Shown here piece by piece: positions 29,868 through 40,078 of a DNA stretch of 64,000 bases. The DNA is from Pseudomonadota bacterium. Its GTDB lineage: Bacteria; Desulfobacterota; Desulfobacteria; Desulfobacterales; JBDRRP01. Both the position numbers and the translations under genes were made by a program. The stretch covers positions 1 to 64,000 of the forward strand of contig JBDRRP010000092.1 in assembly GCA_043825735.1 (NCBI GenBank), in the 5' to 3' direction. How positions within the stretch are numbered: position 1 is the stretch's first letter; each line of letters opens with the position of its first letter. Below the pieces are notes generated by a model. It was not told the DNA's origin and did no database searches. It saw nothing but the letters and a program-made list of their open reading frames with translations.

Positions 29868-30461
29868 ATGGGAGTACGCCGCAGAGCGCGTGAGTTGGCC
29901 ATGCAGGCACTGTTTTTTCTGGACATGCGGGGGCAATCTCCTGAAACGGGGATCCCGCTGTTTTCCAAGAGCTGCGCACTGCCGAAGAAATCACTGCCGT
30001 TTTTCAGTGATCTGGTCTTTGGCGTATCGCACTGCCGTGCCGAGATCGACGGCATCATCGAGACCTATTCGGAGCACTGGAAAGTGGGACGCATGTCCGG
30101 CGTGGATCGCAACGTCCTGCGGATTGCGGTCTTCGAGATGCTCAGCCGGACCGACATTCCCCCCAAGGTCACCATCAATGAGGCCATCGACATCGGCAAG
30201 CGTTTTGGTGCGGACGAGTCGGGACCGTTTATCAACGGGATTTTGGACAGCGTCCGGATCGCGATTGACGCAGGAAAACTGGTGCAGCGCCTCAGCGGTC
30301 CCGCGGCCCCGGATCTTTCCCAAATGGTTGAAACCGTGGACGAAGACGACGAAACCCCGGCAAAGGTAGCAATCCCGGCATTTGCCGCCGTTCGCGGCAA
30401 GCGGGGGGTGGTCAAACGTACGGCGGCCGGCAAGGCCGCCAAGAAGGCGGCGTCCGAGTGA
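29868..30461 (+). CDS. nusB: Transcription antitermination factor NusB (with C-terminal extension)
   Basis: RRRARELAMQALF, DRNVLR, INEAI, FINGILD. Confidence 0.94.
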   Translation: MGVRRRARELAMQALFFLDMRGQSPETGIPLFSKSCALPKKSLPFFSDLVFGVSHCRAEIDGIIETYSEHWKVGRMSGVDRNVLRIAVFEMLSRTDIPPKVTINEAIDIGKRFGADESGPFINGILDSVRIAIDAGKLVQRLSGPAAPDLSQMVETVDEDDETPAKVAIPAFAAVRGKRGVVKRTAAGKAAKKAASE

Positions 30462-30496
30462 ACCCGCGCAGTGAGCGCATCAGATAAGGAGTGCCC

Positions 30497-31123
30497 GTGA
30501 TCATAGAATCGATGATGGTGGGACCCATCATGGCCAATTGTTATATCCTGGGATGTGATACCACCCGCCAGGCAGTCGTGATCGATCCCGGCGGCGACGG
30601 CGATCGTATTCTGGCGGCCATCGAGCGCCTGAAGCTTTCTCTGACAACCATCCTCAACACCCACGGTCATTTCGACCACGTGGGCGCCAACCGGGACGTG
30701 AGCGAAGCCACCGGCGCGCCGATTCTCATCCATGAGAAAGACGCGCCCATGCTGGCGCAGCTGACCGCGACCGCCCGCATGTTCGGGCTCCACGCCGACA
30801 ACTCGCCGCCGGCCGGGAGGTTTCTCGCCGATGGGGATACCATTGAATTCGGTGAGCAGCGCCTGACGGTGATCCACACTCCGGGCCACACCCCCGGCGG
30901 CGTCAGTTTTTTTGGTGACGGGCGCGTGTTCGTGGGCGACACCCTGTTTGCCGGTTCCATCGGCCGTACCGATCTTCCCGGCGGCAATTTCGATACCCTC
31001 ATCGCCAGCATTCAGCAAAAACTCTTCACCCTGGACGATGCCGTCAAAGTGCATCCCGGCCACATGGGAGATACCACCATCGGTCAGGAAAAAAAGTTCA
31101 ATCCCTTCTGCGGTATTCGATAA
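30497..31123 (+). CDS. MBL-fold metallo-hydrolase (glyoxalase II-like)
   Basis: THGHFDHVG, HTPGHTPG, GDTLF, PGH. Confidence 0.92.
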   Translation: MIIESMMVGPIMANCYILGCDTTRQAVVIDPGGDGDRILAAIERLKLSLTTILNTHGHFDHVGANRDVSEATGAPILIHEKDAPMLAQLTATARMFGLHADNSPPAGRFLADGDTIEFGEQRLTVIHTPGHTPGGVSFFGDGRVFVGDTLFAGSIGRTDLPGGNFDTLIASIQQKLFTLDDAVKVHPGHMGDTTIGQEKKFNPFCGIR

Positions 31124-31142
31124 CAACAAAGCAGTTTTAAAT

Positions 31143-31199
31143 GGGCCGGGTTGCCGCGCTTGAGCAGGAGCAAAGCGCGTATCTCCGGCCCCTTTTTTT
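31143..31199 (+). terminator. Intrinsic terminator closing the fab-rib-nusB cluster
   Basis: GGGCCGG...CCGGCCC stem followed by T7. Confidence 0.7.
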
Positions 31200-31409
31200 G
31201 TTATCCAAACGCTGTCGCCGGATGCAGTCGGCACCATGAGAATGAAGAAGATATTCTTTCGGCATGAAAGACGTTGAATGGGTGCTCAATGATAGGCGCT
31301 ATCGCTCGACCAACTCCATTTGCTTTGGCTATCTCAATCACGGCGGCAAAATCTCAATATTGACAGGGCGCTCAAAATCTCGGATGCTGAAAAGCAATTT
31401 CTTTATCTC

Positions 31410-32951
31410 CTATTTCCTTAAATTAAATCTGCCGGTCAATTTCTCAGGTGATGGGTTTAAGCTTGGGCTTTGTTGAACGTTGAGCTGCTTTGCCTCATCC
31501 TCAACAAAGGGTTTGATGTATGCGTAGATTTCGTTAAGATTCCTATTCCCTTCTTTAATCGCCTTAAGAAAATAGTAAGTGAAAATACCATGCCCCTTTT
31601 CCTGTGAGGATGTAGAAATCTGGTTTCCCTGCGTTGCCGTCAAAACTGCTATATTGGAAGACAAGGATGCTGTTTCCACCACCATGACAAGGGGTCTTGC
31701 TCCTTGGGCAAGAACACTTCTTCCACCGGATCCAGAGAAGCATGAATCGAGAATCACAACTACCTCCTGCACTTGCAACTGCCCCAGTATAGAATACAGC
31801 TTCTTCAACGAATAGCCTGTTACAGACAGATAATTGGGGTCTCCATCATAAGGCACCAGATAGGCTTCCCCTGTGGCTGGATCAGGGGCACCATGACCGG
31901 AATAATAAACAAAAACTCTGCTATCTTCCTTGGCTTTGTTTTTGAGCCAGATCTCAATGGTTTTTGCAATACCGGAAAGAGTAGCCTTTTCATCCGTAAT
32001 AAACTCTACATTTCTTTCCCTGAAACCCAGAGCCTTGACATATTCTTTCACCAGTCTGGCATCATCATAGGAATAATCGGATTTGGGCAGACTGCTGTAC
32101 CCCTCTATACCGATGATTACAGCCAAATCATTGTCACCCATAATTTTATCGGCAGCACTAAATTCAGGTTTGTCGATGTCTGTTTTTATGGATTCAGAAT
32201 TAACCTCCTTCTTTTGAGATTTTGCAACCCCTTCAACGGTTGCCTTAACAATACTTGCAATATCATCTTTCGTTAAAGTACTAGAACCTGATGCTGATGC
32301 CGATGAAATAGAAGGAACAATATTATTTACAACGACTTCCTCTTTAGGTTTCAATTTATGAAGATGACTGATTGCAGTCTCTATTTGAGCTTGTGAACTA
32401 CTCCCCGGATTCCTTCCAAGTTCTTCTAAATCCTGTATGGCATTATCGATATCTGCACCTCTATCAATCAGTAGCTTTACAATATCAAAATATCCGAAGT
32501 ATGCTGCGCTATACAAAGGGCAATAGCCACCCCACCCGCAATTATTTGGATTGGCACCTCGGTCCAATAAAAGCTTAACTATATCAGTTTTATGACGGAG
32601 CGTTGCCACAACGAGAGGGGGCGGTGAATCAAGAGGCTTGTAGTCTATATCACTGCCCTTATCTAATAAAAATTTAACAGCCTCAACTTGCCCATGCCAT
32701 ATGGCACAAACTAATGGTGTTGTAGTTAAATAATCAGTTCCATCGCAATCCTCTTGCTCATGTATATCAGCCCCGGATTTGACCAGCGCATCCATGGTAT
32801 TAATGTCACCCTGCGAAGAAGCTATTAGTAGAGGCGTTGTCGAGGCACAAGCATTGAGTAAGCCTATCAAGAGGCAAATGTAAGAAAGGCATGCGATACG
32901 GGATCGAAGGGCATATCCATATTTCTTGTGATTCATCGTTTCGATTCTCAC
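31410..32951 (-). CDS. Lipoprotein with 4 ankyrin repeats and C-terminal caspase-like (peptidase C14) domain, in an AT-rich island
   Basis: Lipobox LNAC; four (T/P/C)PL..A......V..L...G ankyrin-like repeats; AVIIGIE.Y, YYSGHG (His), ILDSCFSG (Cys), HGIFTYY, QSP. Confidence 0.88.
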   Translation of the reverse strand: MRIETMNHKKYGYALRSRIACLSYICLLIGLLNACASTTPLLIASSQGDINTMDALVKSGADIHEQEDCDGTDYLTTTPLVCAIWHGQVEAVKFLLDKGSDIDYKPLDSPPPLVVATLRHKTDIVKLLLDRGANPNNCGWGGYCPLYSAAYFGYFDIVKLLIDRGADIDNAIQDLEELGRNPGSSSQAQIETAISHLHKLKPKEEVVVNNIVPSISSASASGSSTLTKDDIASIVKATVEGVAKSQKKEVNSESIKTDIDKPEFSAADKIMGDNDLAVIIGIEGYSSLPKSDYSYDDARLVKEYVKALGFRERNVEFITDEKATLSGIAKTIEIWLKNKAKEDSRVFVYYSGHGAPDPATGEAYLVPYDGDPNYLSVTGYSLKKLYSILGQLQVQEVVVILDSCFSGSGGRSVLAQGARPLVMVVETASLSSNIAVLTATQGNQISTSSQEKGHGIFTYYFLKAIKEGNRNLNEIYAYIKPFVEDEAKQLNVQQSPSLNPSPEKLTGRFNLRK

Positions 32952-33473
32952 TCCATTACTGTGCCAATAAATTCGGTTAATCTATTAAACTGACTTTTGC
33001 CAGTTGAGTAGCCGTTTTTCAACTGGTACTGTAAATAGAAAGTAATTTCTTCGTTTACCGACTACCCACTTCCATGTGTCTAATATTGCATAATTCTTAA
33101 ATATCATAAAAGGTCAGCAACGATAGCTCTCCCCTGATGATATGTGATCTGTGACCCCATTTGCCCTGCTTAGTGGTATTTCAGTTGAAAATATTGGCTG
33201 GAATCGGGGCAGCCCGCCCGCCCACTATTTGCCAACGCCTCTAATATTCCGGAATTACGCATAAACCAATGGAATGAGTTAGGTCTTGCTCAGTCTGCCA
33301 AAGCCTCAAAATATTGACAAAATGTTTTTGCTGTGAAGGCCAGAGAACCACAGTCTATATCCAAAACGTGCCCATCATGCAAAGTATGCAGTGCTTCACT
33401 GGCTGTTTGTGAGAATATTTTGACGGAATAACCCCATCCCGGCCGCCGCCGCGCGCGGGTAATGCGCAGCGGC

Positions 33474-34805
33474 CTACTTTTCCTCGGCGGCAGTCACCCG
33501 GACGGGCGCTGCGACGTTCAGGTGAACGTCGCGCTGGGGGAAGGGGATTTCGATGCCGCTGTCCTTGAGCGCGTCCCATATCTTCAGCAGGACGGCGCTG
33601 GTGACGTTGGCTACGCCGTTTTCCGGATCTTCGATCCAGTAGCGGACCTGCAGGTCCACCGAACTGTCGCCGAAACCGACGAGCAGGCACAGGGGCGGTG
33701 GATCTTTCAGCACCCTCGGGGTGCCCTGTACGGCACCGAGGATGACCTCGATGGCCCGGTGGGGGTCGGCCTTGTAGGAAATGCCGACGGAAGCTTTGAT
33801 GCGCAACCGCCGGGAAGAATACGACCAGTTGACCACCTGCTGGGTGATCAAGTCCTCGTTGGGGATCAGGTATTCCTTCTCGTCGCGGGTGACGACCGAG
33901 ACATAGCGGCCGCCCATGTGGTTCACCACGCCGTAGACATCGGCCACCTCCACCACGTCTCCCGGCTTGATGGACTTGTCGGAAAGCAAAATCAGGCCGC
34001 TGATGAGATTGCCGACGATTTTCTGTAGCCCGAAGCCCACGCCGACGCCAACGGCCCCGCTGAAGACCGCCAGGGCCGTGAGATCGATGCCCACGCTGTT
34101 GAGGGCCACCAGGGTCACCACGACCATCAAGCCGATGTTGATGGTCTTGCTCAACATGAGCCGTGTCGAGGGGGAAAAATCGGTGGCGGTCGACAGCTTG
34201 TGGTCTACGATGCCGCTCAGCCATTTTACCGCCCGCAGCAGCAGCATCAAAATGACCGCGGCTTTGATGAGTGAGAGCACCGTCAGCTTCACCGAGCCGA
34301 TGGAAAAACCGATACTCTCCAGCAGTACCAGCGTTTCATCCAGAAGGCCTAGGATGTTCAAGGCAGCCAGCGTCCAGGCCACGGTTCCCAGCAAGCGTGA
34401 CCAGAACCGGTTCGACACGGTGGAGGCCACCAGCTTGATGACCACCCAGGCCGCTGACAGGTTGAGGATCAGCCGCATCAAAAATATGCCGTTTCCGGTT
34501 TTTGCAACGGCGCCGATACTCACCCAGAGCAGGAAGATGCTGACAATCAGCGGGGTCTGCCTAAGCAGGGTTCTCATCATGCGGGCAAGGGAAGGATAGC
34601 GAATGGCAATGTTGTCAAGTGGTTGTTTCAGTACCCCCTGTGCCCATCGGCCGATGAGCGCTCCAACCAGCCGGGTGGCCAGCAGCAATGCAATTTGCAC
34701 GGCGATCTGCTTCAGGCGATCCGGCATGAGGACCTGGGAAAGGAACCAACTGCGCATTTCACTTAACCATTGAATATATTGCTGCGGATCGAAAAAGGTA
34801 TTCAT
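33474..34805 (-). CDS. MscS-family mechanosensitive channel
   Basis: GAVGVGVGFGLQ..NLISG, IKPGD, IPN, IEIPFPQRDV. Confidence 0.92.
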   Translation of the reverse strand: MNTFFDPQQYIQWLSEMRSWFLSQVLMPDRLKQIAVQIALLLATRLVGALIGRWAQGVLKQPLDNIAIRYPSLARMMRTLLRQTPLIVSIFLLWVSIGAVAKTGNGIFLMRLILNLSAAWVVIKLVASTVSNRFWSRLLGTVAWTLAALNILGLLDETLVLLESIGFSIGSVKLTVLSLIKAAVILMLLLRAVKWLSGIVDHKLSTATDFSPSTRLMLSKTINIGLMVVVTLVALNSVGIDLTALAVFSGAVGVGVGFGLQKIVGNLISGLILLSDKSIKPGDVVEVADVYGVVNHMGGRYVSVVTRDEKEYLIPNEDLITQQVVNWSYSSRRLRIKASVGISYKADPHRAIEVILGAVQGTPRVLKDPPPLCLLVGFGDSSVDLQVRYWIEDPENGVANVTSAVLLKIWDALKDSGIEIPFPQRDVHLNVAAPVRVTAAEEK

Positions 34806-34808
34806 GCG

Positions 34809-36308
34809 TTATAGTCCATACCATGGGTATTGGCCGGGCGCCGGTCCGTACTGGATGTCCCGCCGTTTCAGGATGTCGTAGAAAACCGCGATCTGGTGGA
34901 TGTAGGCGACGGGCTGGGTGCCGCTGGCATAGCCGTATTTGGCGTTTCGGTAATATTTTCGAAAACGCAGCATGGGCAGCGTCTTGGTCAGGGAGGACCA
35001 CCGGTTGGGGTCCATTCCCATTCCGCGCGCCAGATTGCGGGCGTCTTCGATGTGGCCGATGCCGATATTGTAAGCGGCCAGGGAAATGTTCATGCGGTCC
35101 GTTCCCCAAGCCTTGTCGAAGTGGTCGTAAAGCGCTCGCAGGTGACGCACTCCGGCGGTGATGTTCTGGCGGGGATCGTAGACATCCGTGACACCCAGGC
35201 TTTCGGCCGTGTTCATGGTCAGCTGCATGAGCCCATAAGCACCGGCGTGGCTTTCGGCGTAGGGGTCAAAGTGAGATTCCTGGTACATCTGCGCGGCGAT
35301 CAGGCGCCAGTCGAAACCATGGCGAGCACTGGCCTCCTTGATGATGGTTTCGTATTTGGGCAGCCGCGTGCGCAGGCGTCGGTGGAACGTGTTCAGATCG
35401 ACATAGTCATACCATTCGAGGTTGGAGAAATACCGGTTGTAAATTTCGTTGAATCGTCCGTTGGTCTTGATGGTGGCAAAAAAGGTGTTCACCCGTTTGC
35501 GCAAATCGGGGGTGTTTTCCCGAACGGCCCATCCCAGTTGCTGCGCGTCGCTGATTTCAAGGACCGGTACCGCTTCCGGATAATAGCGCCGGTTGAGCTG
35601 GGCGATATGGGTATCGGCCACGGTGAGGCTGATTTCGCCGTCGGCCACCATGCGAATGAGCTCTTCGGTGGGCATGTCGTCATGGAGGCGGATGTCCACG
35701 GAAACACCCGTGGCGGCTATGGCTTCAAGTTGATCCTGGTAGGACGTGCCCCGGCGCACGTCGATGGTGCGTCCGGCAAGATCGGCGGCGCTGTTGATGG
35801 TCCACTCGCCGCGATGGGCGATCACGTGTTGGTGGATGGTGAGATACCCCGTGGAGAACGCCACCTGCTCCTGCCTGCGCGGGGTGATGGTCATGCTGGC
35901 GGCGATGATGTCTCCTTTGCCGACGAGAAGCTCGGGAATCATGCCCTCCCACTGGTCGGCGATGCGGATCTCGAGGCGGACGCCGAGAAAATCGGCGAAT
36001 GCTTTGGCCAGATCATACTCGAATCCCATGGGCTGCCCACGGTAAAGATAGTAGCAGTTGGCATTGTTGCGCGTGATGATGGTGATCTTGCCGGCCTGAA
36101 GGATGCGCTCGAGGGTGGTCGGTGGCGGCGGGGGCGCCTGGTGGGAGGTGACAAAGAGGGTGCATGCGCCCAGAAACAGGCCCACGATGACGGCGCCGGA
36201 GACCCACGGCCGCACACGCCGCCAGCGGCGGAAATATTGCGCGGCCGAAGTGGGCACTTTAGAAGGCTCCAAGCTGGCAGGGTTTGATTTTGATCCCCAG
36301 GGTTTCAC
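34809..36308 (-). CDS. mltF: Membrane-bound lytic murein transglycosylase MltF (start uncertain)
   Basis: SBP-like domain GFEYDLA..FA; SLT motifs YQESHFDP, GLMQL, AAYNIG. Confidence 0.9.
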   Translation of the reverse strand: MKPWGSKSNPASLEPSKVPTSAAQYFRRWRRVRPWVSGAVIVGLFLGACTLFVTSHQAPPPPPTTLERILQAGKITIITRNNANCYYLYRGQPMGFEYDLAKAFADFLGVRLEIRIADQWEGMIPELLVGKGDIIAASMTITPRRQEQVAFSTGYLTIHQHVIAHRGEWTINSAADLAGRTIDVRRGTSYQDQLEAIAATGVSVDIRLHDDMPTEELIRMVADGEISLTVADTHIAQLNRRYYPEAVPVLEISDAQQLGWAVRENTPDLRKRVNTFFATIKTNGRFNEIYNRYFSNLEWYDYVDLNTFHRRLRTRLPKYETIIKEASARHGFDWRLIAAQMYQESHFDPYAESHAGAYGLMQLTMNTAESLGVTDVYDPRQNITAGVRHLRALYDHFDKAWGTDRMNISLAAYNIGIGHIEDARNLARGMGMDPNRWSSLTKTLPMLRFRKYYRNAKYGYASGTQPVAYIHQIAVFYDILKRRDIQYGPAPGQYPWYGL

Positions 36309-36693
36309 AGGCGCCGCTGACGACGCGTTTGCCGATGTTCAGGGCGTCAGAAATGGCCCAAGCCTCACGGCAGGGCAACCGACCGGAGACCAGGGCTGCG
36401 CGGATGGCGGCCGCCAGGTCATCTGAGACGGACGCTGCCGGTTCGACGATCTTCTTGTGTGGCTGATACCCGAAAAGCCCGAGTTGGCAATGGGTCAGGC
36501 GGTATTCCATGAGATCGACGGTCCGTCCGACATCGGCCGGTGTCACCGCGAGGTCGTGCGCGATGGAAAATGCGGCCGCGCACGGCAGGTGTCCGTCTTT
36601 GGCCTTGGCGATCACGGCCTTCCGGATTTCGGGATTCACGGTGGTGTCGGCACCGTGTTTGGTGGCAAACGCTTTGGTCGCTCCGTCGCCCAT
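36259..36693 (-). CDS. Hypothetical protein with two internal LPC...CQLG repeats
   Basis: AAGGAG RBS; GHLPCAAAF...CQLGLF and GRLPCREAW...CQLGAF. Confidence 0.75.
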   Translation of the reverse strand: MGDGATKAFATKHGADTTVNPEIRKAVIAKAKDGHLPCAAAFSIAHDLAVTPADVGRTVDLMEYRLTHCQLGLFGYQPHKKIVEPAASVSDDLAAAIRAALVSGRLPCREAWAISDALNIGKRVVSGACETLGIKIKPCQLGAF

Positions 36694-37020
36694 GATCGGC
36701 TCCTTTATGGTGTTGATGCGGCTGTCGGCGGTCTTCGGCCAAGGGGCTCCGAGAGCGCTTCGGTTCGAGACCGCCGAGGATCCGGCTTGGAAAGTTGAAA
36801 CTATACGGCAATCGCCAGGCAATTACAAACGCGGCCGTCGGTGATTTCCCTTGAACTCGCGTCTGCCGTCTGTTAGAAATTCTTGCTGCCGCGGCGACAT
36901 CTGCGGCCGGCAGGCCGGCTGGCATGGCCCGCGCAATTGATCTCCCTTACAGATCCCCGGAAGGTGCAGCCGTACCGGTCATTCATGAGCGATTATCACC
37001 CACAGCGCACCGAAAATCCC

Positions 37021-38100
37021 ATGGCTCTGAGTATCCATCGAAAGCAGACCCGTCGCATTCATGTGGGCCGGCTCGCTGTCGGTGGCGGCGCACCCATTTC
37101 CGTTCAGTCCATGACCACCACGCTTACCCAGGACGTGGGGGCCACGGTGGCCCAGATCCAGCGGCTTGCCGACGCCGGCTGCGAGATCGTGCGGGTGGCG
37201 GTTCCGGACGCCGAGGCGGCCAAGGCCATTGCGTCCATTAAGACGGCCGTGGCCATCCCGGTGATTGCCGATATCCATTTCGATCATCGGCTCGCCATTG
37301 CTGCCGCCAGGGCCGGCGCGGACGGGCTGCGCATCAATCCCGGCAATATCGGCAGCCGCCGGAAAGTCGCCGATGTCGTGGCCTGCGCCGCCGATTGCGG
37401 CATCCCCATCCGGGTCGGTGTCAATGCCGGCTCATTGGAAAAAGACCTTCTGGCGCGTTACGGCGGTGTCACCAGCCAAGGCATGGTGGAAAGCGCTTTG
37501 CGGCACGTGAGTCAGCTGCATGACATGGATTTTCATGACATCAAGCTGTCCATCAAGGCCTCCGACGTCCCCCGCACCCTCGAGGCCTACCGTCTGCTCT
37601 CCAGCCAGACGGATTTGCCCCTGCACGTGGGGGTCACCGAGGCCGGAGGGCTTTTTGCGGGGATCACCAAATCCGCCATCGGCATCGGCATGCTGCTGGC
37701 CGAGGGCATCGGCGACACCCTCCGGGTGTCGTTGACGCGGGACCCCGTGGAGGAGGTGCGGGTGGGCTATGAGATTCTTCGGGCCCTCGATATCCGTCAC
37801 CGGGGGCCGGAAATCATTTCCTGCCCCACCTGCGGCCGGTGCCAGATCAATCTGTTTCATCTGGCCGAGCAGGTGGAAGCCGCTCTGGTCAATGTCACCG
37901 CTCCGGTTAAGATTGCTATCATGGGCTGCGTGGTCAACGGCCCGGGGGAAGCCCGGGAAGCCGATATCGGGATCGCCGGCGGCGATGGTGTGGGGATTAT
38001 ATTTAAAAAGGGCAATGTGGTTCGAAAAGTTCCCCAGGAAGCGCTGCTCAACGCCCTTCTGGAAGAAATTGAATCGTTTACGTCAACCACGCAGCCCTAG
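37021..38100 (+). CDS. ispG: HMBPP synthase
   Basis: SVQSMT, ADIHF, RINPGNIG, SCPTCGR, MGCVVNGPGE. Confidence 0.96.
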   Translation: MALSIHRKQTRRIHVGRLAVGGGAPISVQSMTTTLTQDVGATVAQIQRLADAGCEIVRVAVPDAEAAKAIASIKTAVAIPVIADIHFDHRLAIAAARAGADGLRINPGNIGSRRKVADVVACAADCGIPIRVGVNAGSLEKDLLARYGGVTSQGMVESALRHVSQLHDMDFHDIKLSIKASDVPRTLEAYRLLSSQTDLPLHVGVTEAGGLFAGITKSAIGIGMLLAEGIGDTLRVSLTRDPVEEVRVGYEILRALDIRHRGPEIISCPTCGRCQINLFHLAEQVEAALVNVTAPVKIAIMGCVVNGPGEAREADIGIAGGDGVGIIFKKGNVVRKVPQEALLNALLEEIESFTSTTQP

Positions 38101-38150
38101 CCGGTTATTTCCAGTGTTGTCAATTCCCCTGCTTGCTGCGTTGAATATGA

Positions 38151-38233
38151 ACCACGGAGACACGGAGAACACGGAGGTTTTTTTAAAAAATTAATGCTTT
38201 TGTTTTTCTCCGTGCCCTCCGTGACTCCGTGGT
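38151..38233. repeat. Tri-heptamer palindromic element (CACGGAG type)
   Basis: CACGGAG-A-CACGGAG-AA-CACGGAG / AT-rich spacer / CTCCGTG-CC-CTCCGTG-A-CTCCGTG. Confidence 0.85.
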
Positions 38234-38345
38234 GATAAAACATTCGTGACGCAAAGAGGCAGCAGCAATCTTACTTGAGCATCGTCGATAACCAGCTTCT
38301 GCCCGGCCGCCGCGGCGGACGGTAAATGGAATACGGAGAGATACC

Positions 38346-39875
38346 ATGGCCAAACAACCGAAGACAGCCATTAGCCCCACGCGTGAAGAAGACTACCCGG
38401 AGTGGTACCAACAGGTCGTCAAGGCGTCAGACCTCGCCGAGCGTTCCCCGGTGAGGGGGTGCATGGTGATCAAGCCCTGGGGGTATGCCGTTTGGGAAAA
38501 CATCATGCGCAACATGGACCGCATGTTTAAGGCCACCGGCGTCAAAAACGCCTATTTCCCGCTGTTCATCCCACTCAGCTTTCTTGAAAAGGAGGCCGAG
38601 CACGTTGAAGGCTTTGCCAAGGAGTGCGCCGTCGTGACCCATCACCGGTTGGAGAAGGGACCCAACGGCGGCCTTGTCCCTGCCGGCCCGCTGAGCGAAC
38701 CGCTGGTCGTGCGCCCCACATCGGAGACCATTATCGGCGACAGTTTTTCCCGGTGGGTCAGCAGCCACCGGGATCTGCCCATTTTGATCAACCAGTGGGC
38801 CAATGTCGTGCGCTGGGAAATGCGCACCCGGATTTTTCTGCGCACCAGCGAGTTTCTCTGGCAGGAAGGCCACACCGCCCATGCCACCGAGGCCGAGGCC
38901 GTGACGCGCACCGACATGATGCTCGACGTCTATGCGCGTTTCGTGGAAGACTACCTGGCCATTCCCGTCATCCGCGGCCGCAAGACGCCCCTGGAGCGCT
39001 TTCCTGGTGCGGTGGACACCCTGTGCATCGAGGCCATCATGCAGGATTGCAAGGCCCTGCAGGCCGGCACGTCTCATTTTCTGGGGCAAAATTTCGCCAG
39101 GGCCAGCAACATCCGGTTCCAATCAGCCCAGGAGGCCGAGGAGTTCGCCTGGACCACCTCCTGGGGGAGTTCTACGCGCATGATCGGCGGCATGATCATG
39201 GTCCACAGCGACGACGACGGCCTGGTGCTGCCGCCGCGCATCGCCTCCGCCCATGTGGTGCTGATGCCCATTTACCGAAACGATGACGATCGCCAGGCGG
39301 TGACGGCCTATGTCGAGACGCTGGCCCGGGATCTTCGCCGGATCTCCTATCACGGTGACGATCTCATCGTGGAAGTCGATGACCGTGATATCGGCGGCGG
39401 CAAGTCCTGGGAATGGATCCGGAAGGGGATCCCCCTGCGGGTTGAAATCGGTCCCCGTGACATGGCCGACGACGCGGTGTTCGTGGGCCGCCGAGACCGC
39501 AGCCCCAAAGCCCGGGAAAGCCTCCCAAGAGCGCGGTTCATCGCCACAGCCGGCAACATCCTCGACGATATCCAGCGGGAGCTCTTTGAACGCGCTTGCG
39601 CGTTCAAAGAAGCCCATACGCGGGTCATTGATGGCCGGGATGACTTCTATGCATATTTTACTCCGGAAAACGAAGAGCGTCCCGAAATCCACGGCGGTTT
39701 CGCCCTTTCCGGCTGGTGCGGCCAAAACGATTGTGAAAACCGGATCAAGGAGGACCTCAAGGTGACCATCCGGTGCCTTCCCTTTGCCCTGCCCGACGGC
39801 GTCGACGGTCAGGGGCCTTGCATCTGCTGCGGGGCACCAGCGGGCAAGCGCGTGGTCTATGCCAAGGCCTACTAG
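38346..39875 (+). CDS. proS: Proline--tRNA ligase (archaeal/eukaryote-like type)
   Basis: RPTSETII, QWANVVRWE, FLWQEGHT, C-terminal Cys cluster ending AKAY. Confidence 0.95.
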   Translation: MAKQPKTAISPTREEDYPEWYQQVVKASDLAERSPVRGCMVIKPWGYAVWENIMRNMDRMFKATGVKNAYFPLFIPLSFLEKEAEHVEGFAKECAVVTHHRLEKGPNGGLVPAGPLSEPLVVRPTSETIIGDSFSRWVSSHRDLPILINQWANVVRWEMRTRIFLRTSEFLWQEGHTAHATEAEAVTRTDMMLDVYARFVEDYLAIPVIRGRKTPLERFPGAVDTLCIEAIMQDCKALQAGTSHFLGQNFARASNIRFQSAQEAEEFAWTTSWGSSTRMIGGMIMVHSDDDGLVLPPRIASAHVVLMPIYRNDDDRQAVTAYVETLARDLRRISYHGDDLIVEVDDRDIGGGKSWEWIRKGIPLRVEIGPRDMADDAVFVGRRDRSPKARESLPRARFIATAGNILDDIQRELFERACAFKEAHTRVIDGRDDFYAYFTPENEERPEIHGGFALSGWCGQNDCENRIKEDLKVTIRCLPFALPDGVDGQGPCICCGAPAGKRVVYAKAY

Positions 39876-39907
39876 GGTCCGCCCACAGGGGGATTACGGG
39901 GGGCTTC

Positions 39908-40025
39908 TTTGATGAACCGGTAAAAAGTGATTTTGAACCACAGAGACCGCAGAGAATATTATGAGTAATTAATAGGTTATCTCTGTGTTCTCTGTGGTGA
40001 TTTCAGACTTTTTACGAGTTTGTCA
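39908..40025. repeat. Composite palindromic element (outer GTAAAAAG IR + CRCAGAG heptamers)
   Basis: TTTGATG..GTAAAAAG...CACAGAG-AC-CGCAGAG / CTCTGTG-TT-CTCTGTG...CTTTTTACGAGTTTGTCA; sister of 47262-47395. Confidence 0.8.
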
Positions 40026-40078
40026 TCTTTGGAGATAGCAATGATGTGTCATAACGTCGCGGGAACGGTTACTAGGCA

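Noticed and set aside
31264..31476. 70-aa ORF at the island edge
   Set aside because: Overlaps the caspase gene end on the opposite strand, has no motif, and cannot be supported as a gene or transposase remnant
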